From an uncultured Isosphaeraceae bacterium (GTDB lineage Bacteria > Planctomycetota > Planctomycetia > Isosphaerales > Isosphaeraceae), in NCBI GenBank assembly GCA_963781785.1, contig CAWAHD010000003.1, positions 632,093-696,092 of the forward strand: DNA of 64,000 nucleotides, given 5' to 3'. The position numbers were made by a program, and so were the translations under genes. Positions 62,333 through 64,000 of this stretch are shown here, piece after piece (position 1 is the stretch's first letter; each line of letters begins with the position of its first letter). The notes below the pieces were generated by a model, which made no database searches, had not been told where the DNA came from, and saw only the letters and a list, made by a program, of their open reading frames with translations.

Positions 62333-62595
62333 GGCGGTCCCCGGAAAAGGGCTTTCATTCCCAAGCTCAGTATACTAGGAAATGTCAAGTTCCACGACAT
62401 GCGGGAGAGCCCGGCGAGACAATCGCACAAATCGGAAGTTGGTGACCCAATATCGGGCCGTCCTCCTCTACCAGCTTGACCTGGCCGAGACCATGTCCGA
62501 CAAAGGCGGCATGTGCGCGGGATGCGTTCGTTGCCCGCTCCGTCAGAATGGCGGCAGTCCATCTCCAGTCGGACCGCTTGCACGAGGAGAATGCC

Positions 62596-63585
62596 ATGGC
62601 CAAAGTCGTGCGATTTCACGAGACCGGGGACCCTGAAGTCCTGAAGATCGAGGAGCTGGATGTCTCGCCGCCTGGCAAGGGCGAAGTCCAGATTCGCATC
62701 CATGCGTTGGGCCTCAACCGAGCCGAATCGATGTTTCGCCGCGGTCAGTACCTGGAAGATCCCAAGCTGCCCGCGCGTCTGGGATACGAGGCTGCGGGCA
62801 CCGTCGCCGCGATCGGGCCGGGAGTGAGCGGGTTCAAGGTGGGTGATGCGGTCAGCACCATCCCGAGCTTCTCGCTGAACGCTTATGGGCTCTACGGCGA
62901 ACTGGCCAACGCCCCGGTCCACGCCGTGACCCATCATCCGGCGTCGCTCTCGTGGCCGGCCGCGGCCGCCGTATGGATGCAGTACCTGACCGCCTACGGA
63001 GCCGTGATCGACATCGCCAATCTGCGTCAAGGCGACAAGCTCGTGGTTCCGGCGGCCTCGAGCAGCGTGGGTCTCGCGGCCATCCAGATCGCCAACAAGG
63101 TCGGGGCGGTTCCGATTGCGCTCACGCGCGGCAGCTCGAAGCGGCAGGCCCTGCTGGACAAGGGCGCTGCCCACGTGATCGCGACGGACGAACAGGACCT
63201 GGTCAAGGAGATCCTCAAGCTCACGGGCGGTAAAGGGGCCCGCGTCGTGTTCGACCCCGTCGGCGGCCCGACCGTCACGAAGCTCGTGCAGGCAACGTCC
63301 AAGCTGGGCATCCTGTTTCTCTACGGCGCCCTGAGCCCTGAGCCGACGCCGCTGCCACTGTTCGACGTCCTCGCCCGGTGGACGACGATCCGCGGCTACG
63401 TGATGATGGAAATCACGAGCGATCCAGCACGGCTCGAACGCGCCAAGACGTTCATCAACGGCGGGCTCGCCGACGGTACCTTGAAGCCGATCATCGCCAA
63501 GACGTTCCCACTCGAACAGATCGTCGAAGCGCACCGATACCTCGAGTCCAACCAGCAGATCGGCAAGGTCGTCGTGACGGTCTGA
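62596..63585 (+). CDS. zinc-binding alcohol dehydrogenase family / NADPH:quinone oxidoreductase (MDR superfamily)
   Basis: MAKVVRFHETGDPEVLKIEELDVSPPGKGEVQIRIHALGLNRAE...GDKLVVPAASSSVGLAAIQIA cofactor-binding motif. Confidence 0.8.
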   Translation: MAKVVRFHETGDPEVLKIEELDVSPPGKGEVQIRIHALGLNRAESMFRRGQYLEDPKLPARLGYEAAGTVAAIGPGVSGFKVGDAVSTIPSFSLNAYGLYGELANAPVHAVTHHPASLSWPAAAAVWMQYLTAYGAVIDIANLRQGDKLVVPAASSSVGLAAIQIANKVGAVPIALTRGSSKRQALLDKGAAHVIATDEQDLVKEILKLTGGKGARVVFDPVGGPTVTKLVQATSKLGILFLYGALSPEPTPLPLFDVLARWTTIRGYVMMEITSDPARLERAKTFINGGLADGTLKPIIAKTFPLEQIVEAHRYLESNQQIGKVVVTV

Positions 63586-64000
63586 TGGCGCACGTCAGGT
63601 ATCTGTCGGCGGCCCGTGGTTGCCCGACTGCGGTTCTCTCTGGGCAGCTCGAGGCGGCCACACTCACAATCAGTTCATGGCCTGAACTGCATTTACCCTT
63701 TCGCAGGTAGGACGGCTCCGGCTGTTGGGACGCAGCGGTCCGTCGTCTGGTCCGTCACCGGTCCACTCGCCCCGGCAGCGGGTTGGGGAAAGACCCTGTA
63801 CCGCCCCTGTCCGAAGCTGGCAGCCTTGCCGACGTGCACCCACTGGCCGACGATGAGATACGGCCAGAGCGGCTGGGCGATATTGGCCACGAGGGCGCAT
63901 CCGGTCAAACCGGAAAGCGGGTGCTTGATCCCCCGTCGGCTGCTCAATCGCTCCCACTCGCGCAGCGCGCACATCTTGTTCCTTCACGACGACCTGTTCG

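Overview
High-GC (~65%) chromosomal segment, almost certainly from a Planctomycetota genome. Evidence: a DUF1501/DUF1800 pair, Tat-signal Gfo/Idh/MocA and prenyltransferase-repeat proteins, N-terminal LE-R-LLA secreted-protein motif, fae/mtdB H4MPT genes, ECF sigma factors with huge extensions, and an ISKra4-like IS. Core content: the tail of the ribosomal spc/alpha operon (rpmJ-rpsM-rpsK-rpsD-rpoA-rplQ), argS, rsfS, tRNA-Glu(CUC) and gdhA. Also present: a heterodimeric ABC exporter operon with a Gfo/Idh/MocA oxidoreductase, a flotillin/YqiK homolog, TolC, an H4MPT-linked C1 module (fae, mtdB, ASKHA-fold protein, PCD, ATP-grasp), and a GT2+GT4 glycosyltransferase pair. CAVEAT: at least ~18 genes, including essential rpsM and rpsD, are broken by single-base frameshifts, mostly at homopolymers. 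The assembly therefore clearly carries indel errors, and split ORFs are reported as single genes. Most notable content: (1) two paralogous, divergently oriented giant membrane-tethered ECF sigma factors (loci A and B; sigma domain, then TM helix, then a CarboxypepD_reg-like Ig repeat array), the second ending in a TlpA-like thioredoxin domain. They bracket a ~6.6 kb accessory stretch (TA modules, an Mrr_N remnant, repeats, and a 648-aa acidic membrane protein). (2) A dispersed family of 32/33-bp palindromic tandem repeats at two loci, the second abutting a cas-less CRISPR-like mini-array upstream of a Uma2 endonuclease gene. (3) An ISKra4-like IS inserted beside tRNA-Glu.
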